Below, piece by piece: positions 23,028 to 33,236 of a stretch of 64,000 nucleotides of DNA (position 1 is its first letter; each line of letters begins with the position of its first letter). Source of the DNA: Acidobacteriota bacterium (GTDB lineage: Bacteria; Acidobacteriota; Blastocatellia; HR10); contig JAUQQC010000002.1 in assembly GCA_030550025.1 (NCBI GenBank), positions 262,058-326,057 on the forward strand, in the 5' to 3' direction. The translations under genes and the position numbers were made by a program. The notes under the pieces are model-generated. The model searched no databases, was not told the DNA's origin, and saw only the letters and a list, made by a program, of their open reading frames with translations.

Positions 23028-24809
23028 ATGAGGAAGCGGATGTTCAACGAACTTCTCGCGGGGGTTGGGATCCTGACCCTGACGATGGGGACCTTGAAGA
23101 TGACGTGGGCACAGCAGCCGTCCTCTTCGTCGGGGCAGCAGGAGGCGACCCGACCTCAAGTCATCCTGGAACGGGTGAAACCACTTCGCGTGCCGCGCGT
23201 GGGCGTCAATCCGGATCAGCTTCTGTATCTCTCCCTGCATGATGCGATCCTGAAGGCTTTGGAGAACAACAATCAGATTCAGATCGAACGCATGAGCGTG
23301 CAATCGAGCGAGCAAAGCCTTCTGGCGGCGCGCGGGGCTTACGACATTCTCTTTGGTTTCGACACCACGGGGACGACGGCGACGCGGCCCAGCACCAGCT
23401 CTTTCACCACCGGCGCGGATAATCCGGCGTTCACCAATCGGCAGCTCAACTATAACTTGTCGGTCCAGCAACTGCTGCCGACCGGTGGGAGCTGGCGCTT
23501 TCAGATCCTGAACACGCGCCAGACGACCGATCAGGTCTTCGTCTCGCGCTTCTTGGGCATCGAGAGCCGCGATTCGGCCGTCGCGTTCAACCCTTCGTTC
23601 GTGAGCACCGTGCAGTTTGAGTTGCGCCAACCATTGTTCCGAAACTTCCGCATGGATCAAACGCGGCGGCAGATCGAGATCGCGAAGCGAGCGCTCGATC
23701 TCTCCGACAGCCAATTCCGGCAGCGCGTGATCGAGATTATCACGCAGGTGCAGAACGCCTATTGGGATCTCGTCTTCGCCATCCGCAATGTGGAGATCGC
23801 CGAGCAATCGCTCGCGTTGGCGAAGGCGAATTTAGAGAACAATCGGCGGCAGGTTCAGGCTGGGACGCTGGCACCCATCGAATTGGCGCAGTCGGAGGCC
23901 GAGGTGCAGCGTCGGACGCAGGAGGTGACGGCGGCCATCGGGCAGGTCACCGTCGCTGAGAACGCGCTCAAGAATCTGATCCTCGGCGATCCGAACTCGC
24001 CGGAATGGTCGGCCAACATCGTCCCGACGGAGAGCATCGACTTCCTGCCGCCGGCCGTGGACTTCGAGAGCGCGCTGCGGATGGCGCTTCAGAATCGTCC
24101 GGAGCTGGAGCAATTGCGCTTTCGGAGGGCGCAAAACGAGATCGATCTGAAATACTTTCGGAACCAGATGCGCCCGCAGATCGATCTGGTGGCCACGTAT
24201 GGGAGCTCGGGCTTGGCGGGAACACCGACGATGGTGACGCGCATCAAGGTGGATGAGGAGGGCAATCCGATCACGGATCCGGAGACGGGAGAGCCCGTCC
24301 TGGAGCGCGTCCCGCGCGATGTGCCCCCGCGCTTCATCGGCGGGGCGGCCAAAGCCCTGCGCACGGCGTTCTCGAACGATTTTCGCTCTTACAGCTTTGG
24401 CCTTTCGTTCAGCTTCCCCTTGCGGAATCGAACGGCCGAGGGGAATTTCGGCGCGGCGTTGGCGCAGCGGCGCAGCCTCGATTTTCAAGAGCGGCAGTTG
24501 ATCCAGCAGATCAGCGTCGAAGTTCGGAACGCGTTGCAGCAGGTGGAGGTTGCCCGCCAGAATATCGAGGCCGCGCGCGCTGAGCGGATTGCGCGCGAGC
24601 GTCAGCTGGAGGGCGAGCAGAAGAAGTTCGAGGCCGGGCTCTCGACGACCTTCTTCGTCCTACAATTCCAGAACTTCCTGGCCGCCGCGCGGGCGCAGGA
24701 GTTGCAGGCGCTGGTCAACTACAACAAAGCGATCGCCAATCTCCAGCGCGTGATGTCCACGACGCTAGACGCGTACAATATCAAGATCTCCGCGCAGTCC
24801 GGCAGATGA
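23028..24809 (+). CDS. TolC-family outer membrane efflux protein
   Basis: Signal peptide MRKRMFNELLAGVGILTLTMGTLKMTWAQ, then the two-repeat pattern typical of outer membrane factor proteins (LSLHDAILKALENNNQIQIE, LAKANLENNRRQVQAGT, ARQNIEAARAERIARERQLEGEQKKFEAG...LAAARAQELQALVNYNKAIANLQ); start at M59 of the ORF with AAGGGGGAAGG RBS. Confidence 0.8.
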   Translation: MRKRMFNELLAGVGILTLTMGTLKMTWAQQPSSSSGQQEATRPQVILERVKPLRVPRVGVNPDQLLYLSLHDAILKALENNNQIQIERMSVQSSEQSLLAARGAYDILFGFDTTGTTATRPSTSSFTTGADNPAFTNRQLNYNLSVQQLLPTGGSWRFQILNTRQTTDQVFVSRFLGIESRDSAVAFNPSFVSTVQFELRQPLFRNFRMDQTRRQIEIAKRALDLSDSQFRQRVIEIITQVQNAYWDLVFAIRNVEIAEQSLALAKANLENNRRQVQAGTLAPIELAQSEAEVQRRTQEVTAAIGQVTVAENALKNLILGDPNSPEWSANIVPTESIDFLPPAVDFESALRMALQNRPELEQLRFRRAQNEIDLKYFRNQMRPQIDLVATYGSSGLAGTPTMVTRIKVDEEGNPITDPETGEPVLERVPRDVPPRFIGGAAKALRTAFSNDFRSYSFGLSFSFPLRNRTAEGNFGAALAQRRSLDFQERQLIQQISVEVRNALQQVEVARQNIEAARAERIARERQLEGEQKKFEAGLSTTFFVLQFQNFLAAARAQELQALVNYNKAIANLQRVMSTTLDAYNIKISAQSGR

Positions 24810-24897
24810 CGATTCTGGGAGGTCTCGTCGCCCGGGGCGAGGCCTCTCCCTCACGTATTCCCCGCGCTGGGGCCGATTGGGGCTCCGCCACCCGCGT

Positions 24898-25677
24898 ATG
24901 AAGATCTCGGCCACGCTCATCGCCGGCAATGAAGAGGATCGGATCGGCGACGCGCTGGCGTCCGTCGCGTGGGCGGATGAGATCATCGTCGTCGTGGATG
25001 CCCGCAGCACGGATCGTACGGCGGAGATCGCTCGACAGTATACGGACCGCGTCTTCGTGCATCCCTGGTCCGGCTACGCCGCGCAGAAGCGATTTGCCCA
25101 GGAGCAAGCCACGCACGAATGGATCTTCTCCCTCGATGCCGACGAGCGCGTCTCGCCCGAATTGTGGCACTCGATCGAACAGTTGAAGCGCGAAGGGCCG
25201 CGACATGACGGCTATCGCGTCGCGCGCCGCGCCTGGTATCTTGGACGGTGGATCCAACATAGCGGCTGGTACCCGGATTATCAGCTGCGCCTCTATCGCC
25301 GCGATCGGGCTCGATGGGTGGGCGAGTACGTCCATGAATCCGTGCGCGTCGAAGGGAGCGTGGGGACGCTCAAGGGGGATCTCTGGCATCTGACGCGGCG
25401 CAGCTTGAGCGAACATCACGAGGTCTTGAACCGCTACACGACGCTCGCAGCCGAAGAAGCCTTCGCCCATGGGAAGCGCGCTGGGTGGTTCGCCCTGTGC
25501 GTGCGACCGCTGCTGGCCTTCCTGCGGAGTTATGTGCTCCGGCAGGGCTTTCGCGATGGGATTCCCGGGCTGGTGATTTCGGGCTTTGCCGCCTACTATG
25601 TCTTCCTCAAGAATGCCAAGCTCTGGGAGCGCGCGCACTTTCCCCAAGGATGGGGACATCCACCCACGATGGGATAG
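24898..25677 (+). CDS. Glycosyltransferase family 2 (LPS-core-type, WaaE/KdtX-like)
   Basis: MKISATLIAGNEEDRIGDALASVAWADEIIVVVDARSTDRTAEIA...SLDADERVSPEL pattern of small GT2 LPS-core glycosyltransferases. Confidence 0.8.
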   Translation: MKISATLIAGNEEDRIGDALASVAWADEIIVVVDARSTDRTAEIARQYTDRVFVHPWSGYAAQKRFAQEQATHEWIFSLDADERVSPELWHSIEQLKREGPRHDGYRVARRAWYLGRWIQHSGWYPDYQLRLYRRDRARWVGEYVHESVRVEGSVGTLKGDLWHLTRRSLSEHHEVLNRYTTLAAEEAFAHGKRAGWFALCVRPLLAFLRSYVLRQGFRDGIPGLVISGFAAYYVFLKNAKLWERAHFPQGWGHPPTMG

Positions 25678-25678
25678 C

Positions 25679-26479
25679 TCACGCGGTCGCGCCCAAGAAT
25701 TCCAGGACGGCGCGGTTGAAGGCGTCGGCTTGTTCGAGGAAGACGGCGTGTCCAGCGCCTTCGATGATGTGCAATCGGGCATTGGGGATTCGCGCGGCGA
25801 GATTCCGCGAATTCTCCGGCGGGATCAAGATGTCCGCATCCCCGGTGACGATGAGCGTCGGCGATTGGATCGTGGAGACTCGATCTTCGGTATTGAAGGC
25901 CATCACGGCTTGAATCTGCGCAAGGAACGTTTGCTCGGAGATCGGATGGGCGAGCCGGCGCCGCACAAGGTCCTCCACCTCATCAGGATGTTCGGAGAGG
26001 AATCGCGGCGTGAAGGCGATGGGCAAGCCCGCCCGCACGCGCTCTTCGGTGTTCAACCCATCCGGGGAGAGAAACGCCTGTACGATCTCCGGTGCAGCGG
26101 GGACATGGTTCGGACCTCCGAAGCTCGTGCACACGAGGACGAGCCGCTCGACGAGCGCAGGATAAGCTAAAGCCAGCTCTTGCGCGATGAATCCCCCCAT
26201 CGAGGCGCCGAGGACGTGAGCCCGTTCGATCCCGAGCGCCCTGAGCAATGCCGCGGCATCCTCGGCGAGCGTGCGCATTGTGAAAGGGGCCTCGCCCAAC
26301 TCCGAGGCCCCGATCCCTCGGTTGTCGAAGACGATCGTTTGAAAGTGGGGGGAGAAGGCCGGGATTTGCTTATACCAAATCCAGCTCCCCACGCCGAGCC
26401 CGGCAATCAGTAGCAGCGGCGTGCCGGTCCCATACGTCTCGTAGTAGAGCCGAACGCCGTTGGCTAGGACCGTCGGCAC
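25679..26479 (-). CDS. Alpha/beta hydrolase fold protein
   Basis: LANGVRLYYETYGTGTPLLLIAGLG...HVLGASMGGFIAQE (GxSxG nucleophile elbow); GTG start at ~26479 immediately after the korB stop; the ORF-track N-terminal 52 aa overlap korB and are rejected. Confidence 0.7.
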   Translation of the reverse strand: MPTVLANGVRLYYETYGTGTPLLLIAGLGVGSWIWYKQIPAFSPHFQTIVFDNRGIGASELGEAPFTMRTLAEDAAALLRALGIERAHVLGASMGGFIAQELALAYPALVERLVLVCTSFGGPNHVPAAPEIVQAFLSPDGLNTEERVRAGLPIAFTPRFLSEHPDEVEDLVRRRLAHPISEQTFLAQIQAVMAFNTEDRVSTIQSPTLIVTGDADILIPPENSRNLAARIPNARLHIIEGAGHAVFLEQADAFNRAVLEFLGATA

Positions 26480-26481
26480 TG

Positions 26482-27363
26482 CTACATCAGCTCTTCGATC
26501 AACTCCTCGAAGACGGCGCGCTCCGGCCGCAAGGGGTGACGCACAAGTGGCCCTTTTCGCAAGGCCGGTTCGCTGTCCTCGTAGATCGGATGCTCGTCTT
26601 TGTAAAAGAGGCCGATGGGGATGCGATCGCCCCACTCGAAGGATTTCTGAAGCGCCGCCATGACGTCGGACGGATCATACCCGGGCTCTTCTTCAAGCTT
26701 ATAGACGCGTTGCTTGAACCATGGATAGGTATTGACCTTATTGTAGGTCACACACGGGCTGAAAACATCTATGAGCGCGAATCCGCGGTGCGCGATCCCT
26801 CCAGCGATCAGCTGCGCCAGGTGCTCGGGTTCTCCCGAGAAGCCGCGCGCGACGTAGGTCGCTCCGGAGACGAGCGCCAACGCGATGGGATTGATCGGCG
26901 GCTCCGCGTTCCCGCGTGGTGTGGATTTTGTCCGCACGTCTTTCATCGTCGTCGGCGACGCTTGCCCCGTGGTGAGGCCGTAGATTTGGTTGTTCATCAC
27001 GACGTAGGTGATATCGATGTTCCGGCGCATGGCGTGGATGAAATGCCCGATGCCGATGCCGTACCCATCCCCATCGCCGCCGGTGACGACGACGTGCAGC
27101 TCGTGATTGGCGAGTTTGATCCCCTGGGCCACGGCGACGGCGCGTCCATGAAGGCTGTGAACGCCATAGGCGTGAATGAAGCCCGGCAGGTTCGAGGAGC
27201 AACCGATGCCGGAGACGAGCACCAGGTCTTTCGGCTTGATGCCGAGCTTTCCAGCAGCCATCTTCACAGCTTTCAGAACCCCGAAATCCCCGCAGCCCGG
27301 ACACCAATCGGGATCAACTGGTCCCGCATACGTCTCAATCGGAAGCTCAATGACGGTCGCCAT
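26482..27363 (-). CDS. korB: 2-oxoacid:ferredoxin oxidoreductase, beta (TPP-binding) subunit
   Basis: DWCPGCGDFGVL...SGIGCSS...VVVTGGDGDGYGIGIGHFIHAMRRNIDITYVVMNNQIYGLTTGQ are the OFOR beta-subunit TPP motifs. Confidence 0.9.
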   Translation of the reverse strand: MATVIELPIETYAGPVDPDWCPGCGDFGVLKAVKMAAGKLGIKPKDLVLVSGIGCSSNLPGFIHAYGVHSLHGRAVAVAQGIKLANHELHVVVTGGDGDGYGIGIGHFIHAMRRNIDITYVVMNNQIYGLTTGQASPTTMKDVRTKSTPRGNAEPPINPIALALVSGATYVARGFSGEPEHLAQLIAGGIAHRGFALIDVFSPCVTYNKVNTYPWFKQRVYKLEEEPGYDPSDVMAALQKSFEWGDRIPIGLFYKDEHPIYEDSEPALRKGPLVRHPLRPERAVFEELIEELM

Positions 27364-27377
27364 ACTTCTCCTCTCCT

Positions 27378-29366
27378 TCAGGATGCCGATTCCTCTGGTT
27401 GCCAGTGATAGGTCGAACCGGTCTCGACGCCGATGAGCAATCGCCCGCGCCTCCGTCCCGTCTCGCGCGAGAGGATCTCCACGTCCCAGATGGGCTCTTG
27501 GAATCCATCGCGCTCGAGGCGGAAGATACGCCCAGGGCGCGCATCGTCGTCCAGATGGGTGCGGATGTAGTGAGCGGCGATCTCGCGCGCTTCGTCTTCG
27601 GTGACATCGAGCGGGCGTGGCTTCCCCTCAAGGATCGCCTTCACTTGCTCAACGATCTGATGGGGCTCAAACGGTTCGCCATCGTACTTGCGAATGTGCG
27701 CATCCACGGAGATGCCCGTCTCCGCCCTCAAGTAGCGTGCGAACTGCCCGCTGTAATTCGCCTCGACGCAGATCGTCTTCCGGCAGCGCCGTAAGATCTC
27801 GGCTACTTCGCAGGCATGGAAGGGGAAGAGGTATTTGATGTGCAGGTGATTGGCGCGAATCCCCTGCTGGGCGAGTTTCTCGACGACTTCTCGAATGACG
27901 CCCTTGGTCGAGCCCCAGCCGATCAGCGTCACGTCGGCGTCCTCCGGTCCTTCGAGCACAGGCGGCGGAAGTTCGCGGAGGACGGCTTCGAGCTTGCGCA
28001 TTCGCTTCTCGTGGATCTTGCGTCGCACCGGAGGAGACGTGAAGACGTCGCTGATCAAGATGCCTTCCTCATCGTGATCATCCGTGGCGGCGACGTGCAT
28101 CGCGCCTTCAGTCCCCGGAAGCGCGCGGGGGGAGATGCCCGAGCGCGTGAACGCATAGCGCTTGTATTTCCCCTGGGATTCATCCCATTCGGCCACCAGC
28201 TCTCCGCGCTCGATGGGGACATCATAGCGCAGGGCGTCGGGCTCGATCGTCTCCGGATGCTCGCTGAGCAGCAGGTCGCTCATGATGATCACGGGCAGCT
28301 GATACTTCTCGGCGAGATTGAACGCTTCGACGACCGTCGCGAAGCAATCCGCCACATCTCCCGGAGCGATGATCACGCGCGGATAATCGCCTTGCGAAGC
28401 GCCGAAGACCTGATTGAGATCACCCTGCTCGGTCTTCGTCGGCAAGCCCGTTGAAGGCCCTCCGCGCTGCACCTCAATGACGACCACGGGCGCCTCGATC
28501 ATCCCCGCTTGTCCGATCGCCTCCGTCATCAGGGCGAAACCGCCGCCCGATGTCCCGCACATAGCGCGGACGCCCGCATATCCGGCCCCGATCGCCATAT
28601 TCACGACGGCCAACTCATCCTCGCACTGCTTGACGACGATGCCGCAGCGCTCGGCGTGAGCGGCCATCCAGTGCAAGATCGAGGAGGCTGGCGTCATCGG
28701 ATACGCCGAATAGAACTTGCATCCGGCCGTCACGGCCCCGATGGCGAAAGCCTCGTTCCCCGTGATGAAGGGCCGACGAACGCGCGTGAACGTCCACGTG
28801 TAGCCGAGCGGGACGAAATGCTCCTTCGCATAGTCATATCCCGCTCGCGCGATGGCGACGTTCTGATCAATGACGGCCTGCCCTTTGTGCTTGAACGTAT
28901 CGGTGAGCACGCTCACTGCCGTCTCGAAATCCAATCCGATCAGAAAGAGCAGGGCGCCGAGCGCCACCGTGTTCTGCATGACTGGCGGGACCTTTCCAAG
29001 CGGCTTCGTGATCGCGGAGACCGGCAGCGGGACCGGCAACACGTTGTCCCGCAAAAGCGTCGGATCGAGCTTCAGCTTGTCGGAATTGTAGAGGATGGCC
29101 CCGCCAGGTTCGACCTCGCGGGCATGGCGCTCGATCGAATCCTGATTCAGGGCGATGAGGACGTTCAGGTGATCTCCGTGAGAAGTCAACTTCTTCTCCC
29201 CAATTCGAACGCGTAGCCAGATGTGCCCGCCGCGGATGACGGATTGGTAGCTGTTGTAGGCGTAGACGTACAGGCCCAATCGAGCGGCCGTCTTGGCCAG
29301 GGTATCCCCCGTCTTATCCAGCCCATCGCCGGCCGCTCCGCCAATGCCGACGGTGACTTCTCGCAT
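27378..29366 (-). CDS. korA: 2-oxoacid:ferredoxin oxidoreductase, alpha subunit (fused gamma-alpha domains)
   Basis: MREVTVGIGGAAGDGLDKTGDTLAKTAARLGLYVYAY (gamma-domain start), then the alpha-domain core FAIGAVTAGCKFYSAYPMTPAS; ATG at ~29366 preceded by AGGAGAGGA. Confidence 0.9.
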   Translation of the reverse strand: MREVTVGIGGAAGDGLDKTGDTLAKTAARLGLYVYAYNSYQSVIRGGHIWLRVRIGEKKLTSHGDHLNVLIALNQDSIERHAREVEPGGAILYNSDKLKLDPTLLRDNVLPVPLPVSAITKPLGKVPPVMQNTVALGALLFLIGLDFETAVSVLTDTFKHKGQAVIDQNVAIARAGYDYAKEHFVPLGYTWTFTRVRRPFITGNEAFAIGAVTAGCKFYSAYPMTPASSILHWMAAHAERCGIVVKQCEDELAVVNMAIGAGYAGVRAMCGTSGGGFALMTEAIGQAGMIEAPVVVIEVQRGGPSTGLPTKTEQGDLNQVFGASQGDYPRVIIAPGDVADCFATVVEAFNLAEKYQLPVIIMSDLLLSEHPETIEPDALRYDVPIERGELVAEWDESQGKYKRYAFTRSGISPRALPGTEGAMHVAATDDHDEEGILISDVFTSPPVRRKIHEKRMRKLEAVLRELPPPVLEGPEDADVTLIGWGSTKGVIREVVEKLAQQGIRANHLHIKYLFPFHACEVAEILRRCRKTICVEANYSGQFARYLRAETGISVDAHIRKYDGEPFEPHQIVEQVKAILEGKPRPLDVTEDEAREIAAHYIRTHLDDDARPGRIFRLERDGFQEPIWDVEILSRETGRRRGRLLIGVETGSTYHWQPEESAS

Positions 29367-29583
29367 GGTTTCCTCTCCTCGTTCAAGGATGATGAGAGCA
29401 GACGAGGCGATAGCTCGTATGATCCCCCCATCGCCGGGATACAGATTTGTTCCCCTCACCTCGCTTCACGATCAAGCCACAATGATAGGCCCTTCCCTCG
29501 CACGCGTCAAGCGGAGGCACGCCCTTTCGCCCAAGCTGCGCGGCACCCCGAGGATGGGGACGGATCGTGCTATACTGACGCGT

Positions 29584-30723
29584 ATGGCACCGTGGGGCAT
29601 CTATGTGCACATTCCGTTTTGCCCGTACAAATGCGCGTATTGCGACTTCGACTCGGGCGTCTATCCGGAGCCAATGGTCTCCGCCTATCTCTCGGCCTTA
29701 CGGGAGGAGATCGGGCGAATGAGCGCTGCCTTCAGCTCCGACGATCTCGTGGCGGATACGATCTATATCGGCGGCGGGACGCCTTCTCTGCTTGATCCGG
29801 AAACGCTTGAGGATCTCCTTCGAACCATTCGTCGCCATTTCCTCGTCCGGTCGGAAGCGGAGGTCACGCTCGAAGCGAATCCGGGGACGATCACAGCGGA
29901 GAAGGCGCGGGCGTTCCGTCAGCTTGGCGTGAATCGCGTGAGCCTTGGGGCACAGACCTTCTCCGAGCGCGAACTCGACGTGCTCGGGCGCCGTCATACG
30001 GTGGAGCAGATCGCGGAATCCGTCGCGCTTCTGCGGGAAGCTGGCGTGGAGAATCTGAACCTGGACCTGATCATCGGGATCCCTGGCCAAAGCTTGAGAA
30101 GTTGGGAGCAGACGATGGATCGCGCCTTCTCGCTGCGGCCGACACATCTTTCGGTCTACATGTTGGAGGTTCACGGGGGGACACCGTTGGCGGCTCAATT
30201 GGCGCGCGGCATCCTCGTCGAACCGGACGAGACGCTCACCGTTCAAATGTACGATCGGTTTCTCGAGCGAGCCGAAGCCGAAGGATTTGCGCACTATGAG
30301 ATCTCGAACTTCTGCCGTCCGGGATTTGCCTCTCGACACAATCTCAAGTATTGGTCCGACGAGCCGTACCTCGGCTTTGGCTGCAGTGCGCATTCGTACG
30401 ATTTCCGAGAGCGACGATGGAATCTGGCGACGCCGCGAGCCTATGTGGAGGCGATGCGCGAGCGAGGGGAAGCCATCGCAGGTCGAATCCCCATGACCGA
30501 GCAGCGGCGGATCGAAGAGGCGCTCATACTCGGGCTGCGCCGACGTTCGGGGGTGGACCTTCGCGCCTTTCGAGACCGCTATGGCGTGGACGTCCTCGAC
30601 CGCTACGGCGATCAGCTGGCGCCGCTGTGCGAGGCCGGGCTTGTGGAGATTGGCGGAGGCATCCTTCGTCTCACGCGAAAGGGCTTGGTCCTGGCCAACG
30701 AGGTGTTTGCCGTCTTCGTCTGA
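29584..30723 (+). CDS. hemW: Radical SAM heme chaperone HemW (coproporphyrinogen III oxidase-like)
   Basis: [20 protein letters not shown] (CxxxCxxC radical SAM), [11 protein letters not shown], HemN C-terminal domain; alternative start at 29554. Confidence 0.85.
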   Translation: MAPWGIYVHIPFCPYKCAYCDFDSGVYPEPMVSAYLSALREEIGRMSAAFSSDDLVADTIYIGGGTPSLLDPETLEDLLRTIRRHFLVRSEAEVTLEANPGTITAEKARAFRQLGVNRVSLGAQTFSERELDVLGRRHTVEQIAESVALLREAGVENLNLDLIIGIPGQSLRSWEQTMDRAFSLRPTHLSVYMLEVHGGTPLAAQLARGILVEPDETLTVQMYDRFLERAEAEGFAHYEISNFCRPGFASRHNLKYWSDEPYLGFGCSAHSYDFRERRWNLATPRAYVEAMRERGEAIAGRIPMTEQRRIEEALILGLRRRSGVDLRAFRDRYGVDVLDRYGDQLAPLCEAGLVEIGGGILRLTRKGLVLANEVFAVFV

Positions 30724-30767
30724 GGTCGGGTACATTTACCCCCTCACGAAGATACTGGGAGGGGAAG

Positions 30768-31856
30768 ATGCGGTTCATCGATCTTCGCAGCGACACCGTG
30801 ACGCGGCCGACGCCGGAGATGCGCGAGGCGATGGCCAGCGCCGAGGTCGGTGACGATGTCTATCTGGAAGATCCGACGGTGAATCGGTTGCAGGAGCGCG
30901 CGGCTGAGATCTTTCGGAAAGAGGCGGCGCTCTTCGTCCCCTCGGGGACGATGGGGAACCAGATCTGCGTGAAAGTGCACACGCGGCCGGGACAGGAGGT
31001 GATCCTCGAAGAGAGGAGCCACATTTACAACTTCGAGATGGCGGCGATGGCCGTGATCTCGGGGACACTCCCGCGCGTCGTGCGGGGGCGCGATGGGCTT
31101 CTGGACTGGCCGACGATCGAAGCAGCGCTGAGCCCGGCGGTCTATTATCGCGCGCCGACGGGGTTGATTTGTCTGGAGAATACGCATAATCTGGCGGGGG
31201 GGACAGTCCTGCCCTTGGAAACGGCGCGCGAGATCTGCGCACGCGCCCATGAGCGCGGCGTGCCTGTGCATCTGGATGGGGCGCGCTTGTTCAATGCCGC
31301 CGTGGCGTGTGGGCGATCGGTCGCGGAGCTGGCAGAGCCCTTCGATTCCGTGATGGTGTGCCTCTCGAAGGGGCTCGGCGCTCCGGTCGGCTCGCTCATC
31401 CTCGGTTCACGCGCGTTCATAGAGGAAGCGCGCGCCGTGCGCAAGATGCTCGGCGGAGGGATGCGACAGGTGGGCGTTCTCGCCGCTGCCGGATTGATCG
31501 CCTTGGAGAAGATGCCCGCGCGCCTTATCGAGGATCACGAGAACGCCCGTCTGCTCGCTCGTGGTTTAGCCGAACTCCCGGGACTCGCGCTCGATCCCGA
31601 GAAGGTCCAGACGAACATCGTCATCGTGGACGTCGCAGCGACCGGATGGACGGCCGCGGAGTTCGCCGAACGACTTCGAGCGCAGGGAGTTCTGGTCGGC
31701 AGCCTCGACGCGACGACCGTTCGCTTCGTGACGCATTACGAGGTCAGCCGCGACGACTGCCTGACGGCGCTTCGCCTCATTCGCGAGGTCCTTCTGGAAG
31801 CTCCGGGGGCGAGAGCTGAGTGCTCCGATGCCGAGGAGGGGGATCATCACCATTGA
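30768..31856 (+). CDS. ltaE: Low-specificity L-threonine aldolase
   Basis: [22 protein letters not shown]...[14 protein letters not shown]...VPSGTMGNQ...[13 protein letters not shown] (PLP-Lys region) match the threonine aldolase family; the upstream part of ORF 30351.. overlaps hemW and is rejected. Confidence 0.85.
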   Translation: MRFIDLRSDTVTRPTPEMREAMASAEVGDDVYLEDPTVNRLQERAAEIFRKEAALFVPSGTMGNQICVKVHTRPGQEVILEERSHIYNFEMAAMAVISGTLPRVVRGRDGLLDWPTIEAALSPAVYYRAPTGLICLENTHNLAGGTVLPLETAREICARAHERGVPVHLDGARLFNAAVACGRSVAELAEPFDSVMVCLSKGLGAPVGSLILGSRAFIEEARAVRKMLGGGMRQVGVLAAAGLIALEKMPARLIEDHENARLLARGLAELPGLALDPEKVQTNIVIVDVAATGWTAAEFAERLRAQGVLVGSLDATTVRFVTHYEVSRDDCLTALRLIREVLLEAPGARAECSDAEEGDHHH

Positions 31857-32532
31857 TGGACCAGCCGGATCGGGCAAGAGTACGGTGGGACGGCTCTTGG
31901 CCCAACGGCTCGGCTACCTCTACATGGACACGGGCGCGATGTATCGCGCGCTCGCGTGGAAAGCCCTTCACCTGGGGATCGCCCTGGAGGATTCGGCGGC
32001 ACTCACGCGTTTGGCTGAGGCTTCGCGCATTGCGCTCTCGGGAGATCCCGAACACGTGCGCGTCACCATTGATGGACGCGACGTGACCGAAGCGATCCGC
32101 TCTCCGGAAGTCAGCCGCGCCGCTTCCCTCATCGCGACGATCGAAGGCGTTCGTCGAGCGATCGTCGCCGCGCAGCGCGAGATGGGACGAGGTGGCGGCG
32201 TCGTGCTCGAAGGCCGAGATACAGGGACGGTCGTCTTCCCGGATGCCGATGTGAAATTCTTCTTGGACGCGCGCCCCGAGGTGCGCGCTCGACGACGGTT
32301 GGAGCAAGAGCGCGCGCAAGGCCGTGATGTCTCTTTCGAGGAGACGTTGCGGGAGACGCTCGAGCGCGATCGTCGGGATCAAGAGCGCTCTGCTTCCCCC
32401 CTTCGTCAGGCGGAGGATGCCTTCTACCTCGATTCCTCCGACATGAGCGTGGAGGAGGTCCTGGAGCGCATGCTGGAGATCATCCGGCAGCGGCTATCCG
32501 GGGAGGCATCGTCTCGTCCCCCTCACTCATGA
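31828..32532 (+). CDS. cmk: Cytidylate kinase
   Basis: [39 protein letters not shown] is the canonical Cmk N-terminus. Confidence 0.95.
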   Translation: MPRRGIITIDGPAGSGKSTVGRLLAQRLGYLYMDTGAMYRALAWKALHLGIALEDSAALTRLAEASRIALSGDPEHVRVTIDGRDVTEAIRSPEVSRAASLIATIEGVRRAIVAAQREMGRGGGVVLEGRDTGTVVFPDADVKFFLDARPEVRARRRLEQERAQGRDVSFEETLRETLERDRRDQERSASPLRQAEDAFYLDSSDMSVEEVLERMLEIIRQRLSGEASSRPPHS

Positions 32533-33236
32533 GGGGGGCGCCCGCGCCTCCGAGAGCAAAGATCCACTTTCGGGAGGAAGCGTCCGACCGATCGCGCGTA
32601 CGCTCGATAGGCTTCACCGTAGCGCGCCAAGAGGACGCGCTCTTCAGCCTGCGCTCGCAACGCGTTTCCGATCATGGCGGCAATGGCGCTTAGGAGGAAG
32701 AGCGCGCAGGGGACCAGCAGGAAGGTCCCCACGTAAAGCGCTTGCAAGCCCGTGTAGAGGGGATGTCGGACGGAGCGATATGGCCCGTGCCGGATGAGGC
32801 GATGCCCGACGATGAGGCGAGGACGAAGATCGAAGGACGAACCCAGAGAGAGCGTGGCCCATATGACCAATCCGTGACCGCCGACGAGAAGCCCACCCCC
32901 CACGCGGGGGAAGAAGAGGTTCCGGGAGAGCGCTTGAAAAAGCGGCCACGTGGGATTCGCCGCATAGCCGAGGGAACCGAGGAACCATCCGGCATATCCG
33001 AGGAACGAGAGCGCGAGTCCGAGGCGTGGGACGGCCGTCGAAGCGATGACCTCATTCGCTCCTCCCCGCTGCGCCCGTCGAAGAAATCGCCATGTGGTGA
33101 ACCAGAGGAGGACCTGTATGCCCGCGCTCGCGGCGAGGATCGCTCGGATCATGGGCGGCGCCTCAGAAGGGGAGAAGGGATGCGCCCCGCGCGCCGTCCT
33201 GAGGACGCCGAGCGCGCGGGGACGGTTCTCGCTCAT
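32523..33236 (-). CDS. Isoprenylcysteine carboxyl methyltransferase (ICMT)/phospholipid methyltransferase family membrane protein
   Basis: LIRHGPYRSVRHPLYTGLQALYVGTFLLVP matches the ICMT/PEMT C-terminal motif; several TM helices; ATG at 33236 overlaps the nrdJ stop (ATGA); alternative start at 33152. Confidence 0.6.
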   Translation of the reverse strand: MSENRPRALGVLRTARGAHPFSPSEAPPMIRAILAASAGIQVLLWFTTWRFLRRAQRGGANEVIASTAVPRLGLALSFLGYAGWFLGSLGYAANPTWPLFQALSRNLFFPRVGGGLLVGGHGLVIWATLSLGSSFDLRPRLIVGHRLIRHGPYRSVRHPLYTGLQALYVGTFLLVPCALFLLSAIAAMIGNALRAQAEERVLLARYGEAYRAYARSVGRFLPKVDLCSRRRGRPPHE

